From: a virus | Taxonomy: Duplodnaviria > Caudoviricetes | IMG/VR virus record: IMGVR_UViG_3300028603_000025 | Coordinates: 1 to 64,000 of that record | Reading direction: 5' to 3' (one strand) | Length of the DNA stretch: 64,000 bases | Shown: positions 1-9,006 of the stretch, piece after piece | How the letters are laid out: each line of letters begins with the position of its first letter | How positions within the stretch are numbered: position 1 is the first letter of the stretch | Translations under genes and position numbers: made by a program | The notes under the pieces: model-generated | What the model saw: only the letters and a program-made list of their open reading frames with translations | Told to the model about the DNA's origin: nothing | Databases searched by the model: none

Positions 1-610
1 CGGAGGATGTTATCATTCCTTAGGCATCAAGTCAGATTATACTTTATGGACTTGGGGCGATAACGGAAATGGTCAACTCGGGGACGGAACGACCACACAA
101 AAGTTAAGCCCGGTTCAGATTCCGGGAACATGGATAAGTATATCCGGAGGAGGTAGCCATTCCTTAGGTATCAAATCAGATTGTACTTTGTGGGCTTGGG
201 GAAATAACGGATTGGGTCAGCTCGGGGACGGGACTACAGCAACCAAGTTAACTCCTATTCAGGTTCCGGGATCCTGGATAAGTATATCAGGAGGAAGTTC
301 TCACTCCTTAGGTATCAAGTCAGATTGTACTTTATGGGTTTGGGGATATAACGTATGCGGACGGCTTGGAGACGGAACAATCACAAACAGGTCAAGTCCG
401 GTTCAGGTTCCAGGAACATGGTTAGGAATATCTGGAGGAGATTATCATTCCTTAGGCATCAAGTCAGATAATACTTTATGGGCGTGGGGACATAACGGAA
501 ATGGCCAACTCGGGGACGGAACATTCTCACAAAGGTCAAGTCCGATTCAGATACCAGGAACCTGGATAGGCTTATACGCAGGAGGTAACCATTCCTTAGG
601 TATAGAGGGA
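1..610 (+). repeat. Tandem 144-nt (48-aa) RCC1 repeat units with high DNA similarity
   Basis: Units start at 1, 145, 289, 433 and ~577, sharing (c/t)attccttagg(c/t)atcaa..tcagat..actttatgg. Confidence 0.9.
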
Positions 611-1789
611 GAAGAACTTGGTCCTCCACCTCCACCATCCTCATTAACAGAATGCACTCTCTGGACTTGGGGTAACGGAACTTCTGGGCAACTTGGCGTC
701 TGTTCTACCACACCATCCCCGGTTCCTCTTTATGTAAATAATAGTTTCGGATGCATTCAGGTATCCAATATATTTGCTGCTGCTTTGGATACTTCTCGAC
801 AAATGTGGACCTGGGGGGCAAATCCTGCCGGGGAATTGGGAACAGGAGACACAAACCCAAGAAGTACACCGACGCTAATACCTGGAATCTGGCATTCTTT
901 CTCTATGTCCACATCCCAGATTCTCGGAATCAAACTTGATGGAACCATGTGGACCTGGGGTTGTAATATTGGCGGCAAACTTGCCGACAACTCTATTATC
1001 CCGAAATCTTCTCCGGTCCAGATTCCTGGTATGTGGCTAAAGACGGCGGCAGGAAGAAGTGCCGCGATGGCCCTACAAACTAATTGTACTTTATGGACCT
1101 GGGGCGCAAATTCTTCTGGGTTCCTTGGTGTAGGGGACAGAATCAGCCGGAGTACACCGGTTCAGGTTCCCGGAATCTGGATAGATATAGCTTCTGATTC
1201 ATGGAGCGCCTTTGGGATAAAAGATGATTGTACCCTCTGGGCCTGGGGCCAGAACGATTGTGGTCAACTCGGTATCAATAATATCAACCATCAATGCACC
1301 CCGGTTCAGATTCCGGGAATCTGGACTTGTATTACCGCATCCAGATATAACGCGATGGCGCTAAAGACAGATTGTTCGTTATGGATATGGGGGGATGATG
1401 ATAGAGGGCAGTTGGGAAGAGATACACAGGGTAAAGATTCATCGAGTCCAGTTCAGGTTCCCGGAACATGGATTTCTATTTCATCTGGTATATGTTTCAT
1501 GACCGCAGTGAGGTCTGATTGTACTATCTGGGCTTGGGGCGATAACGGGACAGGTCAACTCGGACAAGACGACGTAATAAACAGAAGTTATCCAGTTCAG
1601 ATTCCTGGAACATGGACCGAAACCACTTCTGGCGGAAACTTCGTCGCGGCATTCGGATGCTATGAAGCCCCGATTCCCCCAGAACCGCCTTATGTCCCCG
1701 ACGCTCGAGGAATCTGGCTCGTTAACGATGTTCATAATTTAACTCTATCAGGAGATTGGGCTACTTTCGATATCGGAATCGACGATTAG
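2..1789 (+). CDS. RCC1/BLIP-II repeat beta-propeller protein, 5'-truncated by window edge; probable virion receptor-binding or decoration protein
   Basis: Frame is open from position 2. Repeated LWxWGxNxxGQLGxG...SSPVQIPGxW units; Pro-rich linker GPPPPPSS between two repeat blocks. Confidence 0.9.
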   Translation, partial: GGCYHSLGIKSDYTLWTWGDNGNGQLGDGTTTQKLSPVQIPGTWISISGGGSHSLGIKSDCTLWAWGNNGLGQLGDGTTATKLTPIQVPGSWISISGGSSHSLGIKSDCTLWVWGYNVCGRLGDGTITNRSSPVQVPGTWLGISGGDYHSLGIKSDNTLWAWGHNGNGQLGDGTFSQRSSPIQIPGTWIGLYAGGNHSLGIEGEELGPPPPPSSLTECTLWTWGNGTSGQLGVCSTTPSPVPLYVNNSFGCIQVSNIFAAALDTSRQMWTWGANPAGELGTGDTNPRSTPTLIPGIWHSFSMSTSQILGIKLDGTMWTWGCNIGGKLADNSIIPKSSPVQIPGMWLKTAAGRSAAMALQTNCTLWTWGANSSGFLGVGDRISRSTPVQVPGIWIDIASDSWSAFGIKDDCTLWAWGQNDCGQLGINNINHQCTPVQIPGIWTCITASRYNAMALKTDCSLWIWGDDDRGQLGRDTQGKDSSSPVQVPGTWISISSGICFMTAVRSDCTIWAWGDNGTGQLGQDDVINRSYPVQIPGTWTETTSGGNFVAAFGCYEAPIPPEPPYVPDARGIWLVNDVHNLTLSGDWATFDIGIDD

Positions 1790-1798
1790 CAAATTGCT

Positions 1799-1806
1799 TA
1801 TAAATA
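1799..1806 (+). promoter_or_regulatory. T4-type late promoter TATAAATA
   Basis: Exact consensus 25 nt upstream of the gp7-like gene; gp55 is encoded in the window. Confidence 0.8.
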
Positions 1807-1830
1807 GTAATATACCTAATCGTCCTTCCC

Positions 1831-3672
1831 ATGAATCTATTAAATAAACTATCTCCTTTAATTCAAGGCCAATTCCCGGAGTTCGTTCAGACAGATTATC
1901 CTGTATTTACGACTTTCGTGAAGGCTTATTATGAGTTCATGGAACAGAATGGACAGGCTCAGGAACTTCTCCAAAACACTCTTTTATACGGAGATATCGA
2001 TTCCACGACCGATGATTTCATTCAGTATTTCATGCGGGAGTTCTGGCACGGAATCCCCGAATCGGTCTTATTCAACAAACGTGCTCTAACCAAGCACATT
2101 ACTTCTCTTTACTCGACCAAAGGAAGTTCACGTTCATACGACCTCCTGTTCAGGCTACTCTACGATACAGAAGTAGAAATATTCTATCCCAAGACTAAAG
2201 TATTCAGGGCATCTGATGGTAAATGGATTCGGAATGTATCGATATTCCTACAGATACAGAAAGGCGATGCTAACGACCTTGCTAACAGAAAGGTAATCAT
2301 CCGTAATGCATCCGGAACCACCAGATACGAACTGAATATAGAACGTCGGAAGATAGCCGAGAATATATACGGCGGAACCGGAGTAGCCGAATTCTTTATC
2401 GATGATTCAACGAATATACCTATATCAGTAGGTGATATAATAGAGTTCGAAGAATTCCGGGCCGTGGTTATCCCGACGCCAAACCAGTACAAGATTATCG
2501 CTCCTGGAAAAGGATTCAAAGTCGGAGACGTATTAATCATCCGAATAGGTTCAGGAAGACGTTCAAAAGCAAAGGTAATTAAAGTCGATGGCAATGGCGG
2601 GATTAAAGCACTGCACCTGATTTCGTTTGGTATCAACTACGGGGAACTCGAATTCTATAATTTCTTTACCTCAAAGAAACGCAATCCGGTAAAGACAGTT
2701 TATGACCTGACCGAGGATGGTTTAGTATTTGAAGACGTAATTGACCGAATAGAAGATGAAGGTTGGTTCTTCAAACAGAACTATACAGAATCAGATTATT
2801 TTGCATCAGATTATGTCGGGGAACTTGATAGAATGTTCCGGGAAGATACCGGTTACGGCAACCCAAACTCAAACGAGATTTCTACTTCCCTGGGAGACGG
2901 GGACGATGCAATCATAATGATTACACCCGGCGGAAAGGCAAAGTATCCTGGTTACTATAAATCAAATGATTCTTTCCCTTCTGATGATATCTATATTCAG
3001 GATTATCATTACTATCAGCCGTTCTCCTATGTCTTACGGGTTGACCAACAGCTTAAAGATTACAAACGTGCAGTTTTAGAGAACATTCACCCGGCAGGAA
3101 CCAAACTGTTTGCGGAATATCTTCTCAAGAACGAGTTTGCCATCACGACCACGGTCAATATCACCAAGAACGAACGCGAGAAAGAACTTTTCGATTCTGT
3201 ATCTAATCTTGTCGATGTTAATTCCTTTGAGATTTCTTCTGTTCAGACCGATATATCTACCCTGATTGATACCACCCTCAAACAGGTTGCTATCCAGAAA
3301 GATATCTTTGTCTCCCCGATAGACAATCCTTCCTTTGATTCTACCCTGACCGTCGAAGAAGATGACCTGATTCAGGTAGCGGAAAGAATATCAAAAGAAG
3401 TCGATAAAGTCATTAAAGAGAATATCCCGGTTATCGATGAAGGGACGTTTGACAATCTTCCTCCGGGCGAATATCACATAAACGAACTGGTTACCGCGTC
3501 TGATGAGATTGATATTCATATTCATGATAATCAGCTTGAACTTGAACTGGAAGAAATCTTTGCGGCTTCTGATTTGTTAAAGGGAGTCAAACTCACCGAT
3601 AACGTTACCAAGCTTGACGTTACCGAAACGATTGATGCCGATGATTCTGATTTAACTTTGGCAATTTCGTAA
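1831..3672 (+). CDS. Baseplate wedge protein, T4 gp7-like
   Basis: N-terminal QFPEFVQTDYPVFTTFVKAYYEFME and C-terminal QDYHYYQPFSYV...HPAGTKLF motifs of T4-like gp7; lies upstream of gp8. Confidence 0.75.
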   Translation: MNLLNKLSPLIQGQFPEFVQTDYPVFTTFVKAYYEFMEQNGQAQELLQNTLLYGDIDSTTDDFIQYFMREFWHGIPESVLFNKRALTKHITSLYSTKGSSRSYDLLFRLLYDTEVEIFYPKTKVFRASDGKWIRNVSIFLQIQKGDANDLANRKVIIRNASGTTRYELNIERRKIAENIYGGTGVAEFFIDDSTNIPISVGDIIEFEEFRAVVIPTPNQYKIIAPGKGFKVGDVLIIRIGSGRRSKAKVIKVDGNGGIKALHLISFGINYGELEFYNFFTSKKRNPVKTVYDLTEDGLVFEDVIDRIEDEGWFFKQNYTESDYFASDYVGELDRMFREDTGYGNPNSNEISTSLGDGDDAIIMITPGGKAKYPGYYKSNDSFPSDDIYIQDYHYYQPFSYVLRVDQQLKDYKRAVLENIHPAGTKLFAEYLLKNEFAITTTVNITKNEREKELFDSVSNLVDVNSFEISSVQTDISTLIDTTLKQVAIQKDIFVSPIDNPSFDSTLTVEEDDLIQVAERISKEVDKVIKENIPVIDEGTFDNLPPGEYHINELVTASDEIDIHIHDNQLELELEEIFAASDLLKGVKLTDNVTKLDVTETIDADDSDLTLAIS

Positions 3673-3711
3673 TAAATAGTATAAAAGAAGAATAATAAAG
3701 AGGAACCGGTT

Positions 3712-6700
3712 TTGGCTCACGAAGATATCAAGAAAATATCCACACAGGCGATTGTTGAAATAACCGGTTCTGGTACCGAGATAATTGAACTTCGGGAACT
3801 AAGAACTCCTTCAGAAACATTCGATTCAGAAAGCGCACAGGTATCTATTGCCAGGGCGATTTATTCCCTGTCCGGCAACTCAACTATTGAACGTAACGGA
3901 AACGTAGTTCTTGCTCTTGCGCAGGGCGAATACGATTTCGACTTTGCTCATTCCCACGGTTCTATATCTGAAGACTCAAACTTTGATATTCACGTTAATC
4001 TTGACGAAGAAACAGACTATGTAATTCTTCATCTGGATAAAGAATATGGCTACGAGATCAAAGAACCGAATCTCATAATCGAACGTACCATTTATGAATA
4101 CTTGTCGGCGTCTGATGATTATGACCTGATATTCAATCACGTTAATATTCTGAACCGGGAACTGGACGATGACTTTGATGTCCTCGAAGAAATCGAAGCA
4201 GAACTGGTCATCGGAACCCTGGTTATTGATGACGACGTTACCGTCACAGGAAATCCTGAACACGAACTGGTTCTTGGGGAACTTGAATTAGACGATAAAG
4301 TAATCGGCCTCGGGGAACCTGAATTTGACCTGGTTATCGGCACTCTGGAAATCGACGATGATGTAGTTCTTGAAGACGAATTAGAAACAATAGGTTCTGA
4401 TTTAGAATTATTCGATGACGTGACATTTGAAGATGAGCCAGAATTTGAATTAGATATCGGAACCCATGAGCTTGAACTGGATGATGTCGCTGTAGCAGAA
4501 GGTGAACCTGAACTTGACCATTATATCGGAACCCACGAGCTTGAACTGGATGATGACTTTGAATTATTCGAGGAAGTCGAAATTCAGGCAGACGGCGTCT
4601 TCAGGTTCCTTGATTTAGAAGACCTGTTCTATGTCCACGAATCCTTAGTATTCCCGGCAGAACTGCCTCTGGTGATTGACGATTATGCTGTCGCGTCCGA
4701 AGATATCACCAAGATTCGTGGCTTAACACTTGAGTTGCTGGATGACGTCGATAAGATTGATGATGACCAAGATGATATTATCGACGATGGTCAGCACAAC
4801 ATCACTGTAATCATTAATGAAACTGTTCCGACCGAAGACGAATTCACCAGATTCAACGCTTATGTATATGAGCTTGAATCCGAAGTAAACCCTGATGAAT
4901 ATATCCGGTTCCCGATAACCATTACGCAAGAAGTAGATTCTGATACAGTAGCATTTGATATCATATCAAAAGAACCGGTCCCGAACATGTCTGATACATA
5001 TGATGAGTTTATCGACCTGGGAAGAGCCTTTGATATTACTTCAGTATCCACGGCAGATTCATTGACCGGGGACGAATTCTATCGTCAGAATGATTACAAT
5101 CCTATTCTGGACGACGTAGCCGAAACAGGGGAACTGGTCAGATTCCCCCTGAATATTCTTCATAACCTGGTATCCGAATTTGATTCAGAAGACCTGATAT
5201 CAAAAGAACCGGTTCCGACCCTTCTGGATGATGTCGATAAGATTGATGATGACCAAGATGATATTATCGACGATGGTCAGCACAACATCACTGTAATCAT
5301 TAATGAAACTGTTCCGACAGGAGAAGAACGTGTATATGATATCTCGTTCCATTCGTTAGAGACCTTACTTGACCCTGATGAATTCATCCGGTTCCCACAA
5401 GTATTTAAACTGAATCCTGAAGACACATTCGACACAGAAGATTTAATCTCGAAAGAACCGGTTCCAAACCTGGCTGATACCTATGATGAGTTTATCGACC
5501 TGGGAAGAACCTTTGATATAACCGCGTCCCCGAATACCATCGTTGAAACAAACGACGAAGAATTCACCTATGTACAGGACATGGTTCGTTATCTGGATGA
5601 CGTAGAGCCAGGCATTGATGATTATATCCGGTTTCCGACAGTTTATGTAGTAGATGAAACCGAGGATATGTTCTTTGACGATAACGAGTTCAAGGATATC
5701 GAACCTGTTCCGTCTGATGACGTAACCACGGTCGAATTATCCCCGGTATTCGGAATCGTATTTGAACCAAACTCCATAATCGAAACAAACGACGAAGACT
5801 TCTTCCGTCAAGTAGACTTCTTCCGGGATACAGAAGAATTCCTGAAGAAAGGAGACGGAGTTTATTTTGAAGAAGACTACGTTGAAGCCTCCGGTTACTA
5901 TACTTCAGAAGATGCATTCGATGATACTGTAATTCAGGCCATTACCTATAACGTATGGTTTGATGATGAATATGAACCCGAAGACATCATATCAAACGAA
6001 CCCGTCCAGAACGCATCAGAATCGATTTTGGTGGGTGATAATCGAGAGTTAATACCTACACAAGGATTAAACGAAGAATTCGATATAGATGATTCAGATT
6101 TCGTATATTTCATGGACGTGCCGGTCGTTCATGAACTAGATGATTCATCAGAAACAGAAGACTGGATTCTGTTCCCGATATTCTACGTTCACGAAATAAA
6201 CGATGACGCTATCACATCAGAAGAATATTCAAACGAACCTATTAAAGGATTCCTTGATGACGTCGACGAAATAGACGATGACCAAGATGATATTATCGAT
6301 GATGGGCAACACAACCTCACGGTAATCTTTAACGAGACCGTCCCGTCAGGAGATGAATTAGAACCGATTACTTCATACGTCCGCGAACCTGAAGATATCA
6401 CCAATACCGACGATGATATCAAGTTCCCGATATTCTATGTATCTGAGTTTGATGAAGATACCAATGCCGATGAAGAAATAAACAAAGACGTAACCGGACA
6501 ATCTACTGATGACGTAACCGGAGAAGAACTCGAATTTGATATTCTCCCGAACAAAGAACCGATAGAAATCGTATCCCCTGAAGAAGAACAAGTATTCAAC
6601 TTCCAACAGGAAACAACTGAGTTCCTGAAGAAAGGAGACGGAGCATATTTTGACGGAGATTACGTAGAAGAAGGATACGTCGACGACAACACCTTTGTAG

Positions 6701-7887
6701 AAAACTTCATATTCGGATATACCCGGGGCCTGAGCGATGCAACCGATACACCGACACAAGGATTTGAATATACCTTGTCCAGATTTGAATCAGGCAGCCA
6801 TACCTTAATAATCGACGACACCCCTGACCTGAATTACGCCGAAACAATCGTCCCGTTAAGATTCACCTTGATAACAGACACCGTTGATACCGACGACACG
6901 TTTGAATCGATTCACACAGCATTCTACGGATTTGATGAGTATCCAGAAGTAACCGATACCATCACGTTCATCAGAAACCTGAATCTGGACGATGACATCA
7001 CAGCCGACGATGAACATAACCAATCGATTACCCAGGAACTTATCGAAATCGTTCAGGAAACCGAAGAACATGAAATAGAATTCTCCGGGGCACTTGATGA
7101 TGAATTTGAATCAAAAGACCAGATTACTCCTTTCAGTATTCTTTCCCAAGAACTGGAAGACGAATATACCGTAACCGATGAACAAGAACCTACACTGTCC
7201 CGTAACCTGGAAGACATAACCGAAACAGAAGACGCCCTTGAACTCAACATATCAAAAGGAAACAATGACGTAACCGGAATAGATGATGAATTTGAAAGAA
7301 ACACAGAATCAAACAGAACGATTAATGAAGACATAGAAACAGAAGACCAGACTTCATTGCTGTTTCTGATGATAGAAGAAAGCATCGTGACCATTGACCA
7401 ATATGACTTATTCATCTGGGAAGAAAACGGCCTGGGAATAACCAACGAATCAGAAGTCGAAGATGAAATAGAACTGGTTCTGGATAAAGGAATAGACGAA
7501 GGAACAGAAGCAGAAGACCTGGGAACGAATTCAGGAATAGAATATAGCCTTGATGAAGTAGTGGGCGGAGAAGATGAAATAGAGAACGTGACAAATACCT
7601 TCCGGGAGTTTAATGAAGACGTAGATACAGAAGAAGGAATTGATATTGAATCGGGGACAGGAATCGAAGATAGTATTTCCACGACAGAAGAACTGATATT
7701 TGCCCTGAACAAAGACGTGCGGGATGCAATAGAACATATAGAAGATGAAATCTGGAATGGAAGTTACTTTATAGATGACTGGGTAGGCGCAGAGGAAGAC
7801 GTACCGGGATACGCTGCTATAATAGAATATCTGATTGATGACTATGTCGGAGCGGTAGAGGAATTCGATGAGCCGGTTCTGGGATAG
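3712..7887 (+). CDS. 1391-aa hyperacidic repeat protein, probably virion-associated
   Basis: TTG start after GAGG; extremely D/E-rich with internal repeats; AATAAATA late-like promoter at 3671; lies in the baseplate cluster. Confidence 0.7.
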   Translation: MAHEDIKKISTQAIVEITGSGTEIIELRELRTPSETFDSESAQVSIARAIYSLSGNSTIERNGNVVLALAQGEYDFDFAHSHGSISEDSNFDIHVNLDEETDYVILHLDKEYGYEIKEPNLIIERTIYEYLSASDDYDLIFNHVNILNRELDDDFDVLEEIEAELVIGTLVIDDDVTVTGNPEHELVLGELELDDKVIGLGEPEFDLVIGTLEIDDDVVLEDELETIGSDLELFDDVTFEDEPEFELDIGTHELELDDVAVAEGEPELDHYIGTHELELDDDFELFEEVEIQADGVFRFLDLEDLFYVHESLVFPAELPLVIDDYAVASEDITKIRGLTLELLDDVDKIDDDQDDIIDDGQHNITVIINETVPTEDEFTRFNAYVYELESEVNPDEYIRFPITITQEVDSDTVAFDIISKEPVPNMSDTYDEFIDLGRAFDITSVSTADSLTGDEFYRQNDYNPILDDVAETGELVRFPLNILHNLVSEFDSEDLISKEPVPTLLDDVDKIDDDQDDIIDDGQHNITVIINETVPTGEERVYDISFHSLETLLDPDEFIRFPQVFKLNPEDTFDTEDLISKEPVPNLADTYDEFIDLGRTFDITASPNTIVETNDEEFTYVQDMVRYLDDVEPGIDDYIRFPTVYVVDETEDMFFDDNEFKDIEPVPSDDVTTVELSPVFGIVFEPNSIIETNDEDFFRQVDFFRDTEEFLKKGDGVYFEEDYVEASGYYTSEDAFDDTVIQAITYNVWFDDEYEPEDIISNEPVQNASESILVGDNRELIPTQGLNEEFDIDDSDFVYFMDVPVVHELDDSSETEDWILFPIFYVHEINDDAITSEEYSNEPIKGFLDDVDEIDDDQDDIIDDGQHNLTVIFNETVPSGDELEPITSYVREPEDITNTDDDIKFPIFYVSEFDEDTNADEEINKDVTGQSTDDVTGEELEFDILPNKEPIEIVSPEEEQVFNFQQETTEFLKKGDGAYFDGDYVEEGYVDDNTFVENFIFGYTRGLSDATDTPTQGFEYTLSRFESGSHTLIIDDTPDLNYAETIVPLRFTLITDTVDTDDTFESIHTAFYGFDEYPEVTDTITFIRNLNLDDDITADDEHNQSITQELIEIVQETEEHEIEFSGALDDEFESKDQITPFSILSQELEDEYTVTDEQEPTLSRNLEDITETEDALELNISKGNNDVTGIDDEFERNTESNRTINEDIETEDQTSLLFLMIEESIVTIDQYDLFIWEENGLGITNESEVEDEIELVLDKGIDEGTEAEDLGTNSGIEYSLDEVVGGEDEIENVTNTFREFNEDVDTEEGIDIESGTGIEDSISTTEELIFALNKDVRDAIEHIEDEIWNGSYFIDDWVGAEEDVPGYAAIIEYLIDDYVGAVEEFDEPVLG
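4738..6345 (+). repeat. Internal duplications in the acidic gene (DDVDKIDDDQDDIIDDGQHNITVIINETVP, three copies)
   Basis: Near-identical ~93-nt copies at 4738 and 5224 (offset 486) and a diverged copy at ~6253; a second duplicated block at ~4969 and ~5452. Confidence 0.9.
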
Positions 7888-7900
7888 GAAAAGCTAAAAT

Positions 7901-7908
7901 TATAAATA
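7901..7908 (+). promoter_or_regulatory. T4-type late promoter TATAAATA
   Basis: Exact consensus upstream of ORF 7975. Confidence 0.8.
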
Positions 7909-7974
7909 GTTGTAGTTAAGAAGAAAATCTTAACGATTAAAATTTTAATCGATAATAACATAAGGAAATATCAA

Positions 7975-8412
7975 ATGCAAGATACATTTAAACCAGAAGG
8001 CGTTATTACCTTTACCCTGACCAATGAAAAAACTGGTGAAGTTAAAGAAACCCAAGTCCGTAACCTTGTGACAGCAGAGGGAAGAGCCTGGATTACAGCT
8101 CGTATGGGCGGTGATACACCTAACCTGATGGACGCTATTGCTGTTGGAACAGGAACCACTGCTGCTGAGCTGTCCGATACACAACTGGAAACACAAATCG
8201 ACATCGCTAACATGACGGAACCAGGTGGTAACGTTACAGCTAACGTTATTGCTTATGCAGCAACATTCCCCGCGGGAAATGCTACCGGATCAATCACGGA
8301 AGCAGGTTTACTAAATTCGGATGATACATTACTGGCACGTTCTGTATTTCCAGTTATTAATAAGCAGGTCGATGACTCGCTCAATATCATTTGGCGCATT
8401 CGCATTCAGTAA
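7975..8412 (+). CDS. Small virion structural protein (tail-collar/fibre-attachment-like)
   Basis: NLVTxxG...IAVGTG...ITEAGL...LLARSVF pattern of phage tail-associated proteins; late promoter and AAGGA RBS. Confidence 0.6.
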   Translation: MQDTFKPEGVITFTLTNEKTGEVKETQVRNLVTAEGRAWITARMGGDTPNLMDAIAVGTGTTAAELSDTQLETQIDIANMTEPGGNVTANVIAYAATFPAGNATGSITEAGLLNSDDTLLARSVFPVINKQVDDSLNIIWRIRIQ

Positions 8413-8432
8413 TAAATTAGCGGAACCTTAAA

Positions 8433-8470
8433 TCGATAAAATGGGGTTATCATTATCCCCATTTTATCGA
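8433..8470. terminator. Perfect 14-bp inverted repeat between convergent genes; probable bidirectional terminator
   Basis: tcgataaaatgggg-N10-ccccattttatcga. Confidence 0.7.
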
Positions 8471-8530
8471 GTTCTCATTTCTTCCAACCGTAAACATTCT
8501 GCCCACAATCCCATATCTTATACCACCCAT

Positions 8531-8905
8531 TCAAAACGGCATTTTTGAATATATTCCGGCCTCGATTTTATTCTTGATTCTATCTAAAGCACGTTGCCAG
8601 TCTTTTACTTCTTCATCGTCATGACATTTCTGTAAGTCACAGAGTAGACGCTTGTGAGCAATCGGAACTAATTCTGCCGCCACTAAGTCTTCCCAGGGCA
8701 GAGTCTCAAAGGATTTCTTGTATTCACGTGAAGTCATCAGACATCCTAAAGCACATTTGAGTCCTTCCGGTGATTTGTAGGCACACATTTTTGTGTTCTG
8801 CGGCATTAAACTTTTCTCTCTTTGAGTCAGTAAATGATTACTTACGTATTCAAACACTTCCATTTCCGAACAGTCTTCCAAATTCTTAAGAGTTACTCGT
8901 TTCAT
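8531..8905 (-). CDS. Hypothetical phage protein with CAY...KCALGCL and LQxxHD motifs
   Basis: GGAGAGGAG RBS; own sigma70-type promoter TTGACT-N17-TAATAT on the minus strand at ~8941-8969. Confidence 0.75.
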   Translation of the reverse strand: MKRVTLKNLEDCSEMEVFEYVSNHLLTQREKSLMPQNTKMCAYKSPEGLKCALGCLMTSREYKKSFETLPWEDLVAAELVPIAHKRLLCDLQKCHDDEEVKDWQRALDRIKNKIEAGIYSKMPF

Positions 8906-8977
8906 TCTTTTCTCCTCTCCGTTCCGCCATTGATATCCGAATATTACTCTCCATTTTCCACCAAGTCAACACTTTAA

Positions 8978-8985
8978 TATAAATA
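8978..8985 (+). promoter_or_regulatory. T4-type late promoter TATAAATA
   Basis: Exact consensus upstream of the gp8-like gene. Confidence 0.8.
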
Positions 8986-9006
8986 GAATATATAGGGATT
9001 TAATAC

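Noticed and set aside
1-610. Diversity-generating retroelement acting on the RCC1 repeats
   Set aside because: No reverse transcriptase in the window; the repeats are in-frame tandem coding units and their differences are not adenine-specific.
4738-6345. CRISPR-like array
   Set aside because: The repeats are long, in-frame and irregularly spaced coding duplications with no repeat-spacer pattern.
7053-7712. Long antisense and alternate-frame ORFs (also 2184-2636, 14043-14525, 25195-25658, 49921-50397)
   Set aside because: Shadows of real genes caused by codon bias; no RBS or motifs.
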